A DNA stretch of 32,000 bases from Nonlabens ponticola (GTDB lineage Bacteria; Bacteroidota; Bacteroidia; Flavobacteriales; Flavobacteriaceae). A model generated the notes under the pieces. The model saw only the letters and a list, made by a program, of their open reading frames with translations. It did not search any database and was not told the DNA's origin. The stretch is from contig NZ_CP034549.1 of the NCBI RefSeq assembly GCF_003966335.1, positions 1,020,001 through 1,052,000 on the forward strand, read 5' to 3'. Positions 8,813 to 17,863 of the stretch are shown piece by piece (the stretch's first letter is position 1; each line of letters opens with the position of its first letter). Made by a program: the position numbers and the translations under genes.

Positions 8813-9005
8813 CAATACTTCTATGATGAAATGATCTACAGTTTCGATCATTAGAGCAGTTGTTATAATATTCATCTCTTTTTGTATCCCTTTGCGGGAA
8901 ATGCCGAAGTTTAAGGGTATCAGGACTGCCATTGGAAATAGTTTCGGTTGGCACCTCAATAGATAAAAAATCACCAAATTAGCACATTATCTAATTATCA
9001 AATTA

Positions 9006-9037
9006 TTTGCGTAATCCAGCTTCATCGCCCATATTTG
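9006..9037 (+). promoter_or_regulatory. candidate Bacteroidota sigma-A promoter (TTTG - N20 - cATATTTG)
   Basis: TTTG at 9006-9009 and CATATTTG at 9030-9037, which is one mismatch from the TAnnTTTG -7 consensus. It lies about 20 nt upstream of the riboswitch. Confidence 0.35.
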
Positions 9038-9057
9038 TATCAGTTCATTTGCATTTT

Positions 9058-9162
9058 GAGTTATAAAGAAAGGTTCAGGGATTAGACCCGTTGAGACCTT
9101 GGCAACCCTGCAACTGCAGAAGGTGCCTCATTCTACCACGCTTTTGTGGACAGATAACGAGC
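9058..9162 (+). promoter_or_regulatory. SAM-I (S-box) riboswitch aptamer
   Basis: The sequence gTTATaAAGAaAGG..AGGGA..GaCCCgtTGAgaCC..GGCAACC..ctgcaactgcagAAGGTGCctcAtTC..CCACgcttttGTGGacAGATAACgag matches my recalled SAM-I consensus. P1 is GTTAT (9060-9064) paired with ATAAC (9154-9158). The P4 hairpin is CCAC/GTGG. It lies upstream of metH-metF and is followed by a U-rich tract (9178-9190). Confidence 0.8.
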
Positions 9163-9193
9163 AATTAATCCGCACATCTTTCTTTTTTTGTAT

Positions 9194-9209
9194 CGCTTTC
9201 GCGAAAGCG
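9194..9209. repeat. 16-bp perfect palindrome CGCTTTCGCGAAAGCG, intergenic (between riboswitch and metH start)
   Basis: Read directly. It follows the U-tract immediately. Confidence 0.95.
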
Positions 9210-9264
9210 TAATTATTCTCAAATATCAAGTTAACCTTATAGATTTTCTATAGATCATACTTGG

Positions 9265-10320
9265 TTGCAAGTGAGCATTGAAAAACAAACACCAAGATTG
9301 GGAAACACAATATTATATAAGGCATTGCAAGAGCGTATCCTAGTGCTGGATGGCGCTATGGGCACGATGCTACAGCGACACAAATTTACTGAGGCCGACT
9401 TTCGTAGTGAGCGTTTCAAGAATTATCCGTATGATGTAAAAGGAAATAATGATTTATTGTCCATCACTCAGCCGGAAGCCATTGCAGATGTTCATGCGCA
9501 ATATTTTGCGGCAGGTGCTGACATTGTGGAGACCAATACGTTTAGTGCAACCACCATCGCCATGGCAGATTACCACATGGAAGATCTGGTCGATGAGCTG
9601 AACATTCAAAGTGCTCAAATCGCACGCAAAGTCGCTGACGACTTCACGGCTCGCGAGCCGCACAAACCCAGATTTGTCGCCGGCGCGATCGGCCCAACCA
9701 ATAAAACAGCTAGCATGTCGCCAGATGTTAATGATCCAGGCTATCGTGCGATCACTTTTGACGAGTTGCGCGTTGCCTACAAACAGCAAGCTGCTGGATT
9801 GATAAAAGGTGGCGTGGATATTTTGCTGGTAGAGACGGTCTTTGACACGCTCAATGCCAAGGCGGCTCTTTTTGCCATTTCAGAATTGAAAGAAGAACTA
9901 AATCTAGATATTCCGGTTATGGTAAGCGGTACGATCACAGATGCATCGGGAAGAACTCTAAGCGGTCAAACAGCAGAGGCGTTTATGATTTCGATTGAGC
10001 ATATTCCGCTGTTATCTGTTGGTTTCAATTGCGCATTGGGCGCAAAACAACTCACACCTTATTTGGAAACCGTGGCAAGCAAATCGCCATTTGGCATCAG
10101 TGCCTATCCCAATGCAGGATTGCCTAATGCTTTTGGCGAGTACGATGAATCGCCAGAACAAATGGCATCTCAAATACGAGAATACCTCGACAAATCACTG
10201 ATCAACATCATCGGTGGTTGTTGTGGTACGACACCAGATCATATTGCTGCCATCGCTAAAATCGCTGCAGAATACAAGCCGAGACCCATTCCTTCACTTC
10301 AAAAACTAGCGTATGCCTGA
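9265..10320 (+). CDS. metH: methionine synthase, N-terminal homocysteine S-methyltransferase domain (separate ORF)
   Basis: Hcy-binding domain with Zn-ligand motifs GFNCALG and [11 protein letters not shown]. The ORF-track start is TTG 9265; GTG 9271 is an alternative. The stop overlaps the next ORF (ATGCCTGA). Confidence 0.85.
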   Translation: MQVSIEKQTPRLGNTILYKALQERILVLDGAMGTMLQRHKFTEADFRSERFKNYPYDVKGNNDLLSITQPEAIADVHAQYFAAGADIVETNTFSATTIAMADYHMEDLVDELNIQSAQIARKVADDFTAREPHKPRFVAGAIGPTNKTASMSPDVNDPGYRAITFDELRVAYKQQAAGLIKGGVDILLVETVFDTLNAKAALFAISELKEELNLDIPVMVSGTITDASGRTLSGQTAEAFMISIEHIPLLSVGFNCALGAKQLTPYLETVASKSPFGISAYPNAGLPNAFGEYDESPEQMASQIREYLDKSLINIIGGCCGTTPDHIAAIAKIAAEYKPRPIPSLQKLAYA

Positions 10321-13027
10321 TAAACAAGTGAACGAATTTAGACCACTCAAACTTAGCGGACTCGAACCGCTAGTCATTACTCCCGAAAGTAATTTTGTCA
10401 ATGTAGGCGAGCGTACCAATGTAGCGGGTTCCAAAAAATTCTTGCGTTTAATCAATGAGGATAAATTTGACGAGGCACTGGAAATAGCAAGAGATCAGGT
10501 GGACAATGGTGCGCAGATCATCGACATTAACATGGATGATGGAATGATCAATGGCAAGGCTGCCATGGTCAAATTCCTCAATCTCATAGCAGCAGAACCG
10601 GACATTTCGCGGGTGCCTATCATGATCGACAGTTCCAAATGGGAAATCATCGAGGCTGGATTGCAGGTTGTTCAGGGAAAATGCGTGGTCAATTCCATCA
10701 GCCTTAAGGAAGGCGAGGAAGAATTTGTCAAACACGCCAAAGCTATCAAACGCTACGGCGCCGCCGTGATCGTCATGGCCTTTGATGAAGTAGGTCAAGC
10801 AGACACCTATGAACGCCGCATTGAGATTGCCAAGCGCAGTTACGATATCCTGGTGGATAAGATAAATTTCGCGCCAGAGGACATCATTTTTGACCTGAAC
10901 ATATTTCCAGTGGCAACTGGAATGGAAGAACATAAACTCAACGCACTCGACTTTATCAATGGCACGCGTTGGGTGCGAGAGAACCTGCCGCATGCCAGCG
11001 TAAGTGGTGGCGTGAGCAATGTGAGTTTCAGCTTTCGTGGCAATAACAAAGTGCGTGAGGCCATGCATAGTGCCTTTCTATTTCATGCTATAAAGGCTGG
11101 AATGAACATCGGTATCGTGAACCCAGCACTGCTGGAAGTTTATGACGATATCGATAAGGAACTGCTGGAGTATGTAGAAGATGTCTTGCTCAATCGTCGG
11201 GATGACGCCACTGAACGACTACTCGATTATGCCGAGAGCGTTACTCAAACAGTAAGAACCAGCACGATAGATAACAGTTGGCGTGAAACACCTCTACAGG
11301 ATCGAATCACACGAGCTCTTATTAAAGGTATTGACGCCTACATCATAGAAGATGTCGAGGAAGCCAGACAAGTATCCAGCGCGCCGATCGAGGTCATAGA
11401 AGGTCACTTGATGACAGGTATGAATGTCGTCGGCGACCTGTTTGGTTCTGGAAAAATGTTCCTACCGCAAGTAGTCAAGAGTGCACGCGTTATGAAAAAG
11501 GCGGTAGCCTATCTGTTGCCCTACATTGAAGCAGAGAAAGAAAAGAATTTAAAAGAAAATCCTGATTTTCTTTCCAGCACCAGTTCGCCAAAGGTATTGA
11601 TGGCCACCGTAAAAGGTGACGTGCATGACATCGGGAAAAACATTGTTTCGGTAGTACTTGCATGCAATAATTATGAGATCATTGATCTAGGCGTCATGGT
11701 ACCACCAGAAAAAATTCTGGATGCTGCAATTGAACATCAAGTGGATATCATTGGCCTGAGCGGACTCATCACGCCGTCGCTGGATGAGATGGTTTATATC
11801 GCCAAGGAGATGAAACGACGCAATTTTGAGGTGCCTTTGATGATAGGTGGTGCGACGACTTCGCGAGCGCATACGGCCGTCAAGATTGCACCAGAATATG
11901 ACGGAACCATCGTTCACGTGAATGATGCCAGTCGTGCGGTAACCGTCGCTGGAGAATTGACTGGTGATAAGGGTGATGACTATCACGCTTTCGCGAAAGC
12001 TAAAAAAGAAGAATACACTAAACTGCGCAATGACTTTTTAGGTAGGGCCAAGAAAAAGGATTTCCTAACGATTGAGCAGGCACGAGAAAATAAACTACAA
12101 TTGGATTGGAGCAATTACCAACCTGTGAAGCCGAAGGAACTTGGCGTTCATGAGTTGGAAGCAATTGATTTAAAAGAAGTTGTTCCATACATTGACTGGT
12201 CGCCGTTCTTCCGCAGTTGGGATTTGCATGGTCGTTATCCTGATATTTTGACCGATGCCGTCGTGGGCGAGCAAGCGACAGATCTTTTTGCAGATGCTCA
12301 AGAAATGTTGAAGAAAATCATTGATGAGAATTGGTTAGTGGCAAAAGCACTCTACGGTTTGTTCCCAGCAAATTCCAATGAGCAGGATGACATAGAGGTC
12401 AAGGGAACTGATCAGGATTTTATATTCAGAACCTTGCGCCAACAATCCAAAAAAGCGGTTGGAAAACCTCAAATCGCACTATCTGACTTCATCGCACCAC
12501 AGGAATCCGGCGTTCAAGATTATATAGGAGTATTTTGTGTGAGCACAGGTTTTGGTGTTCCAGAACGAGCTGCGCAATTTGAGAAGGATCACGACGATTA
12601 CAATTCCATCATGCTCAAAGCTCTTGCCGACCGACTCGCCGAAGCGCTAGCCGAATATCTGCACCTAAGAATACGTAAGGAATTCTGGGGTTATGCCAGC
12701 GACGAGCAGTTGGAAAACAATGACTTGATCAAAGAAGCCTATAAAGGAATACGACCTGCTCCAGGTTATCCAGCCTGTCCAGATCACTTGGAAAAAGAGA
12801 CGATTTGGGAATTGTTGCAAGTAGAAAAACGCATAGGCGTAAAGCTTACGGAAAGCCTTGCCATGTGGCCGGCAGCCAGTGTTTCCGGCTACTACATTGC
12901 ACATCCAGAATCACGCTACTTTGGGCTGGGCAAGATTAAGGAAGATCAGGTCAAGGACTATGCAGACCGTAAAGGAATCTCTTTTGCGAAAGCGGAAAAA
13001 TGGCTCAACCCAAACATCGCTGATTAA
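10313..13027 (+). CDS. metH: methionine synthase, pterin-binding + cobalamin-binding + AdoMet-activation domains
   Basis: 904 aa with the B12-binding DVHDIGKN (DxHxxG) and [10 protein letters not shown] motifs. The activation domain carries [12 protein letters not shown]. Confidence 0.9.
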   Translation: MPDKQVNEFRPLKLSGLEPLVITPESNFVNVGERTNVAGSKKFLRLINEDKFDEALEIARDQVDNGAQIIDINMDDGMINGKAAMVKFLNLIAAEPDISRVPIMIDSSKWEIIEAGLQVVQGKCVVNSISLKEGEEEFVKHAKAIKRYGAAVIVMAFDEVGQADTYERRIEIAKRSYDILVDKINFAPEDIIFDLNIFPVATGMEEHKLNALDFINGTRWVRENLPHASVSGGVSNVSFSFRGNNKVREAMHSAFLFHAIKAGMNIGIVNPALLEVYDDIDKELLEYVEDVLLNRRDDATERLLDYAESVTQTVRTSTIDNSWRETPLQDRITRALIKGIDAYIIEDVEEARQVSSAPIEVIEGHLMTGMNVVGDLFGSGKMFLPQVVKSARVMKKAVAYLLPYIEAEKEKNLKENPDFLSSTSSPKVLMATVKGDVHDIGKNIVSVVLACNNYEIIDLGVMVPPEKILDAAIEHQVDIIGLSGLITPSLDEMVYIAKEMKRRNFEVPLMIGGATTSRAHTAVKIAPEYDGTIVHVNDASRAVTVAGELTGDKGDDYHAFAKAKKEEYTKLRNDFLGRAKKKDFLTIEQARENKLQLDWSNYQPVKPKELGVHELEAIDLKEVVPYIDWSPFFRSWDLHGRYPDILTDAVVGEQATDLFADAQEMLKKIIDENWLVAKALYGLFPANSNEQDDIEVKGTDQDFIFRTLRQQSKKAVGKPQIALSDFIAPQESGVQDYIGVFCVSTGFGVPERAAQFEKDHDDYNSIMLKALADRLAEALAEYLHLRIRKEFWGYASDEQLENNDLIKEAYKGIRPAPGYPACPDHLEKETIWELLQVEKRIGVKLTESLAMWPAASVSGYYIAHPESRYFGLGKIKEDQVKDYADRKGISFAKAEKWLNPNIAD
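11987..12000. repeat. 14-bp perfect palindrome GCTTTCGCGAAAGC, inside metH
   Basis: Read directly. Translated as A-F-A-K-A. A one-mismatch copy at 12981-12995 (CTTTTGCGAAAGCGG) in the same gene reads S-F-A-K-A-E. Confidence 0.95.
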
Positions 13028-13041
13028 TCCAGAAGAATTTA

Positions 13042-13995
13042 ATGAAGATTACAGACCATATCAAAAACGCTGACGACACGCTCTTCAGTTTTGAAATTAT
13101 ACCGCCAGTCAAGGGCAAATCCATACAGGAATTGTACAATAACATCGATCCCTTGATGGAATTTAAGCCGCCATTTATTGATGTGACAACCTCGCGCGAA
13201 GAGTACATTTATATTGAAAAACAAGGTGGTCTTCTGGAAAAACGATTGACCAGAATGCGTCCTGGAACGCTAGGAATTTGTGCGGCAATCCAGAATAAAT
13301 ATGATGTAGATACTGTGCCGCACTTGCTTTGCGGTGGGTTCACCAAACAGGAAACCGAGTATTTACTGGTTGATTGTCAATACCTCAAAATTGAGAACGT
13401 CATGGCGCTGCGCGGCGATGCGAGAAAGGAAGAAAAACGCTTTGAAAGTACTGACGGCGGTCATGAGTTCGCAATCGATCTAGTCAAACAAATAGAAAAT
13501 CTCAACCAGGGTAATTATTTACATGAGGTGATTGAGATCTCGTGCGATGTTGACTTTTGCATAGGTGTGGCTGGCTACCCAGAAAAACACGAGGAATCGC
13601 CATCCTTGCAATCAGATCTCAAGCGATTGAAAGATAAGGTAGACGCAGGTGCAGATTATGTGGTGACGCAAATGTTTTTTGACAATCAAAAATATTTTGC
13701 CTTTGTCAAAGCCGCTCGCAAGAGGGGAATTGAGGTGCCTATCATTCCTGGAATCAAGCCTATTGCCACAAAAAGACATCTTCAATTATTGCCGCAAACC
13801 TTTCATCTGGACATGCCGCAAGAATTAGTTGAGGCCGTAGAAAACTGCAAGAACAATAAAGACGTACGTCAAGTGGGCGTGGAGTTTTGCATTGAGCAGT
13901 GTCGTGAGTTATTGGAGCATGATGTACCTGTATTGCATTTTTACAGCATGGGAAAAAGCGATAATATTTATGACATTGCGCGCGCCATTTTTTAA
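13042..13995 (+). CDS. metF: 5,10-methylenetetrahydrofolate reductase
   Basis: FSFEIIPP, HLLCGGFTK, ALRGD and VTQMFFDN motifs typical of MetF. It completes the riboswitch-metH-metF unit. Confidence 0.9.
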   Translation: MKITDHIKNADDTLFSFEIIPPVKGKSIQELYNNIDPLMEFKPPFIDVTTSREEYIYIEKQGGLLEKRLTRMRPGTLGICAAIQNKYDVDTVPHLLCGGFTKQETEYLLVDCQYLKIENVMALRGDARKEEKRFESTDGGHEFAIDLVKQIENLNQGNYLHEVIEISCDVDFCIGVAGYPEKHEESPSLQSDLKRLKDKVDAGADYVVTQMFFDNQKYFAFVKAARKRGIEVPIIPGIKPIATKRHLQLLPQTFHLDMPQELVEAVENCKNNKDVRQVGVEFCIEQCRELLEHDVPVLHFYSMGKSDNIYDIARAIF

Positions 13996-14010
13996 CGTAG
14001 TTTAGCGCAA

Positions 14011-15204
14011 ATGACGTATCATGTTTTAATGTTGTTGGTTTGTTACGCCCTGCCTGTCGTGACCGCACTTGGGCAGGCAGGTTTCGCGAAAGCGGGCTTC
14101 TCACAATCTAATAGCAACTCTACCAGCAATGATAAAAATCTCGATAAAATTTTTACAATCGACGCTTCCTACCTGTACGGGACGATCCTGCAACACAATC
14201 CAGATATCTCGCATTTGATCACAGATCATCCTACGGCGATCCTTTTGAGTTATAACCGCAAGACTTATGGTGGCCAAGAATGGCAGTCGCGCTACAATTT
14301 CCCAGACTACGGTTTTAGTTTTGCCTATCAGGACATGAAAAATCGATTTCTAGGTGAGGCTTATGGTGCGTATGCGCATTATAACTTTTACTTTTTTAAT
14401 CGCAACATGCAGTTTAGAGTAGGGCAAGGAATCTCTTACATGACGAGACCTTTTGACGTGGATAGCAATCCGCAGAATAATGCCTATGGTACCCGATTGA
14501 CTAGTTCGACTTATTTGCTGGGTAATTATAGGAAAGAGAATTTATTTCATGGTTTTGGTTTTCAAGTAGGAGCGAGCATCATCCATTATTCAAATGCTAA
14601 TGTGCGTGCGCCCAACAACTCTACTAATACATGGTTGTTCAACGCTGGTGTCAATTACACATTTAATCATGAAGAGATTCCAGAATATAAGATATGGCCT
14701 AAGAGAAAGTACACGGAGCCTATAGGATTGACAGCGGTCGCGCGTCTAGGTTTTAATGAGAGTGACTATCGCGGAAGTGGACAATATCCGTTTTATGATT
14801 TTAGCGTTTATCTGGACAAGCGCATCAACATCAAGAGCAGCCTGCATGCTGGTTTAGAACTTTTCATTGCAGAATTCTTAAAGGAATACCGTGATTACAG
14901 AGTTAATAGCTTTCCAGAAGATGATATTGATGGTGACGAGAATTTCCAGAGAGCAGGAATTTTTGTAGGTCACGAGTTGCACTTGGGAAAAACAAGTTTG
15001 CTGTCGCAGTTAGGTTATTACTACTACCAGCCCATACCTTTTGAATCCAGATTTTATAACCGTCTAGGATTACAACGCAGACTGACCGACAATATATTTG
15101 CCAGCGTGACCGTAAAAGCGCATGGCGCCAAAGCCGAAGGCGTTAGCCTAGGGATAGGCTACAGATTTGAGAATATCTTTAAATCAAAACTAGAGAAGTT
15201 ATGA
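14011..15204 (+). CDS. acyloxyacyl hydrolase / lipid A deacylase (PagL-like) outer-membrane protein
   Basis: 397 aa with a hydrophobic N-terminus, beta-barrel-like alternating aromatic pattern, and an HYSNANVRAPNN (H-x-S-N) signature recalled for the PagL-like family. The N-terminal 30 codons are largely encoded by the 59-bp repeat. Confidence 0.55.
   Translation: MTYHVLMLLVCYALPVVTALGQAGFAKAGFSQSNSNSTSNDKNLDKIFTIDASYLYGTILQHNPDISHLITDHPTAILLSYNRKTYGGQEWQSRYNFPDYGFSFAYQDMKNRFLGEAYGAYAHYNFYFFNRNMQFRVGQGISYMTRPFDVDSNPQNNAYGTRLTSSTYLLGNYRKENLFHGFGFQVGASIIHYSNANVRAPNNSTNTWLFNAGVNYTFNHEEIPEYKIWPKRKYTEPIGLTAVARLGFNESDYRGSGQYPFYDFSVYLDKRINIKSSLHAGLELFIAEFLKEYRDYRVNSFPEDDIDGDENFQRAGIFVGHELHLGKTSLLSQLGYYYYQPIPFESRFYNRLGLQRRLTDNIFASVTVKAHGAKAEGVSLGIGYRFENIFKSKLEKL
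14035..14093 (-). repeat. 59-bp composite palindrome-hairpin element, copy A (inverted relative to copy B)
   Basis: Exact reverse complement of 24890-24948 by hand alignment. It contains TTTCGCGAAA and an 8-bp stem CCTGCCTG/CAGGCAGG. Confidence 0.9.
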
Positions 15205-16079
15205 ATTCAGAATTAGGACTTAAGAGTGAATTCAGAATTCAGAATGAAGAATCCAGAATTGGATTATGGATTATAGAATATGGAGAATGGAAGCTCTTCG
15301 CTCACAAGAATTTCAAGAAGGCGGTTTCGATCATCATATTTATGGCCGTTATATTAACAACAACCTCTTGCGATTCAGAAGAAGGCCTTAACTGTACCCA
15401 AGCTGCTGGTGATCTGGTAAGTACAGAGGTTGAGGTAGAACCTTTTAATAAAGTAGTCATTTTTGAGCGCATGGGCGCAACATTTATACACGGTGATGAG
15501 CAAAAAGTGGTTGTGCGCACTGGTGAAAACCTTTTAAATGACATTGAACTAAATGTGGTCGACGGTCAATTACAAGTGGTCAACAATAATGGCTGCAATG
15601 TGATGCGAGATTATGGCATTACACAAATCGAAATCACATCGCCCAACTTGACCGAAATAAGAACCAGCACTGGCGAAGACTTAAAAAGCGATGGTATCTT
15701 GAGGTATCCTAATTTGACCTTATTATCAGAAGATGAAAGTGTTGAAGAGGATTTCTACAACACAGATGGTCACATGCGTTTGAATCTGGATGTAGAAAAC
15801 TTAATCATCATCTCAAATAATTTGAGTTATTTCTACCTAGAAGGAAATGTGGAAAATGCAGATATCACTTTTCTAGATGGAGATGGTCGCATCTATGCAG
15901 CAGATCTTGAGATCCAAAACGCACAGATCTTTCATCGAGGAACATCAGAATGGCGCATGGATGTAAAACAAAACATCGCCGGAACCATAAATGGCTACGG
16001 CGATGTGATATTGAATTCTAGACCTACCAACGTCGACGTTGATGTCACGTGGCGTGGTCGATTACTGTTTGAAAACTAG
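15201..16079 (+). CDS. DUF2807 / head GIN-domain lipoprotein
   Basis: Lipoprotein-like signal KNFKKAVSIIIFMAVILTTTSC, followed by the repetitive beta-rich pattern typical of DUF2807 (V..G...V.I..GDEQKVVV......L..I...V.DGQL.V). The only canonical start upstream of the signal peptide is ATG 15201, which places the heptamer array in the first 30 codons. The alternative ATG 15342 truncates the signal. Confidence 0.55.
   Translation: MNSELGLKSEFRIQNEESRIGLWIIEYGEWKLFAHKNFKKAVSIIIFMAVILTTTSCDSEEGLNCTQAAGDLVSTEVEVEPFNKVVIFERMGATFIHGDEQKVVVRTGENLLNDIELNVVDGQLQVVNNNGCNVMRDYGITQIEITSPNLTEIRTSTGEDLKSDGILRYPNLTLLSEDESVEEDFYNTDGHMRLNLDVENLIIISNNLSYFYLEGNVENADITFLDGDGRIYAADLEIQNAQIFHRGTSEWRMDVKQNIAGTINGYGDVILNSRPTNVDVDVTWRGRLLFEN
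15203..15290 (+). repeat. degenerate heptanucleotide tandem array (GAATTCA-type, about 13 units)
   Basis: GAATTCA GAATTAG GACTTAA (GAGT) GAATTCA GAATTCA GAATGAA GAATCCA GAATTGG ATTATGG ATTATAG AATATGG AGAATGG. It starts at the stop codon of the upstream gene. Confidence 0.75.
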
Positions 16080-16675
16080 AGAAGCGTGATAGGCATTTCT
16101 GCTCTGTAATTTGCCCAGCCCATTTTTAAATGAACCACATTATCATCATTAGGTGAATACAGCGCGATGCTCAAATCCTCTAGGCTATCATCTACCGTGC
16201 TTACTGGAATTGTAATAGTCACGATGTCAAGAGCTGCATTGTGAGAGAAATTTCCCCAACCGTCATTCTCAGCATTAACATGAATCGTCCACTCATTCTT
16301 ATTAGGAACCACAACTAGTGTGTAACGTCCTGCTACCAGTACCTGATCGCCTATTTTGGCATCTTGTAATAGCAGCAATTCTGTACTTTCATTAGCACCT
16401 AGACGCCATTTTTCACCGTATTTAGTAATACCAGCCTTGCGGTCATCACTTTCTCTAAAAAGCGTGCGACCCTTAAGTGATGGACGGCCGTATAATACTC
16501 TAATGGCTGGTTGCAGAGCAGCTTTTTGCTCGTCAGTTTTCGCGAAAGCTCTCTTAGGAGCATCTGCTGGAAAATAGGCGACATCCATCGGGCTCTTGTC
16601 GGCGCCAGCAAAATCTTGTGCGTTTACAGTAAAAGTCATTGCGGCTGCGGCAATGCATAAAATCAAATTTTTCAT
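16076..16675 (-). CDS. DUF2911 domain-containing secreted protein
   Basis: Signal peptide MKNLILCIAAAAMTFTVNAQ. The SPMDVAYFP, YGRPSLKGR, WRLGANEST and AGRYTL..VPN..EWT pattern is recalled for DUF2911. Confidence 0.6.
   Translation of the reverse strand: MKNLILCIAAAAMTFTVNAQDFAGADKSPMDVAYFPADAPKRAFAKTDEQKAALQPAIRVLYGRPSLKGRTLFRESDDRKAGITKYGEKWRLGANESTELLLLQDAKIGDQVLVAGRYTLVVVPNKNEWTIHVNAENDGWGNFSHNAALDIVTITIPVSTVDDSLEDLSIALYSPNDDNVVHLKMGWANYRAEMPITLL
16535..16550. repeat. palindrome family copy AGTTTTCGCGAAAGCT (one mismatched pair), inside DUF2911 gene
   Basis: Contains the exact TTTCGCGAAA core. Read on the minus strand as R-A-F-A-K-T. Confidence 0.85.
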
Positions 16676-16708
16676 GTTGTTAATTATTTGAATTAAAGGT
16701 AAGAAACC

Positions 16709-17497
16709 TTAGATAAGATCTGTCTTGTATAGTATCAATCCGCTTGATGGTGCTATGTGCGATAGGTGGATTTTATTGCTGCCATCCAGTGTTTTCTCAA
16801 ATTTTTTAAGAGTTAACTTGCCCATTCCCAGATCAAATAGCGCACCCATCATTAGCCGTACCTGGTGGCGTTTGAATCCTTTACCGCTTACGCGAAAGCA
16901 AAAGCTTTTCTCGGGAAAAAAGCTAGCTGTAAAGAGATGGTTCTCTTCGATATAACAGCTGTCAACCACGCTGGTGGTGATGGTTTCCGCTTTAGGTTTG
17001 TAGGTATATGACCAGAAATCTTTCTCTCCTATAAACATTTGGGCGGCAGTTTTCATAAGTTCTATATCCAGCTGTGATTTCATATAAACCATAAGCGACG
17101 CACAAAACGGATGGAACTTCTCGCCATGCGAAAATAGGTAGATGTATTCCTTGAGTTTTGCTGCCTGAATGATGTTGAAATCTGCAGTGGTTTCTTGAAT
17201 TCCTAAGGCTCTTATATCACTGGGTAAGTTGAGATTGAATTCCTGTATGAACTCCTCAAGATCTGCGATAGGCTCGTCATCAAGAAATAATTCAATCGCT
17301 GTTTCATTTACTGACACACGAGCATCGGTACGACCTGCTGCCAGGATTTTGAAATTGGAATGATCAAACACAAATCTCAAGGTGCGCTGCACCATGCGCT
17401 CGACGGTAGGTAGATTTGGCTGCTTTTGCCAACCGTGGAAACGGAAGCCTAGGTATTGTAACTTAATGATGTAGTAGTGTCGCTGGTTGAATGGCAT
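16709..17497 (-). CDS. TruA-family tRNA pseudouridine synthase (divergent)
   Basis: YLGFRFHGWQKQ and AGRTDARVS, which carries the catalytic Asp of the GRTD motif. 262 aa. It contains a one-mismatch palindrome copy at 16886-16899. Confidence 0.7.
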   Translation of the reverse strand: MPFNQRHYYIIKLQYLGFRFHGWQKQPNLPTVERMVQRTLRFVFDHSNFKILAAGRTDARVSVNETAIELFLDDEPIADLEEFIQEFNLNLPSDIRALGIQETTADFNIIQAAKLKEYIYLFSHGEKFHPFCASLMVYMKSQLDIELMKTAAQMFIGEKDFWSYTYKPKAETITTSVVDSCYIEENHLFTASFFPEKSFCFRVSGKGFKRHQVRLMMGALFDLGMGKLTLKKFEKTLDGSNKIHLSHIAPSSGLILYKTDLI

Positions 17498-17531
17498 GTA
17501 TCAAAGATAGGATTTGTAAGCGGTTGCGACT

Positions 17532-17564
17532 TTATACGTATCTTTATAAAATAGATACGTATAA
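17532..17564. promoter_or_regulatory. 12-bp perfect inverted repeat TTATACGTATCT-N9-AGATACGTATAA abutting the antitoxin start codon (candidate operator)
   Basis: Read directly. The right arm ends on the A of ATG 17564. Confidence 0.6.
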
Positions 17565-17863
17565 TGAAAAAGAAACTGACATTAAGTATAGATGAAGAAG
17601 TCATTAAGAAGGCTAAATCATACGCTAAGGAAACTGATCGCAGTCTGTCCGAATTGATTGAAGGTTATCTTGAAAAGATCACAGGTTCAAATCTTGTAAA
17701 AGAACCTGAGGCTACCTATGAAAAGCGTTCATCACAATCCGAGAATAAAAAACATGAAGCGAGTATTTATCGCAAAATGGCTGGCATCGTAAAATCTGAT
17801 TGGGATCCAGTCGAGGATCGAGAGAAGTTTAGAGATGTGCGACTCGAGAAATATTTAAAATGA
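17564..17863 (+). CDS. antitoxin-like protein (DUF6364 / ribbon-helix-helix-like)
   Basis: MKKKLTLSIDEEVIKKAKSYAKETDRSLSELIEGYL resembles RHH/DUF6364 antitoxins. Its stop overlaps the PIN gene start (ATGA). Confidence 0.6.
   Translation: MKKKLTLSIDEEVIKKAKSYAKETDRSLSELIEGYLEKITGSNLVKEPEATYEKRSSQSENKKHEASIYRKMAGIVKSDWDPVEDREKFRDVRLEKYLK

Noticed and set aside
8873-8905. Possible degenerate duplicate of the riboswitch tail (CATCT..TTTTTGTATC + CCTTTGCGGGAAATGCC versus CATCT..TTTTTTTGTATC + GCTTTCGCGAAAGCG at 9173-9209).
   Set aside because: The similarity needs three indels in the palindrome part, and the 8885-8905 segment is not itself palindromic. It is too weak to call by eye and would need a proper alignment or additional genomes.
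8792-8977. 61-aa minus-strand ORF in the ferredoxin-metH intergenic region.
   Set aside because: It has no recognisable domain, no supporting promoter or start context, and overlaps the 18-bp palindrome. It is most likely non-coding.
8753-9264. I expected a cobalamin riboswitch upstream of the B12-dependent metH.
   Set aside because: I found no B12-box-like sequence. The structured element present fits the SAM-I consensus instead.
10448-11068. 206-aa ORF on the minus strand, plus many other 60-110-aa antisense or out-of-frame ORFs in the track (for example 433-654, 5084-5281, 7902-8183, 9454-9789, 11687-11986, 21966-22247, 31279-31554).
   Set aside because: All are fully embedded antisense to, or out of frame with, strongly recognisable conserved genes. 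They have no recognisable motifs and show composition typical of shadow ORFs.
13760-14104. 114-aa minus-strand ORF whose N-terminus (SRNLPAQVRSRQAGRNKP) matches part of Dtd.
   Set aside because: The match is only the 59-bp repeat read in the same relative frame. The rest of the ORF is antisense to metF, so it is an artefact of the repeat and not a gene.
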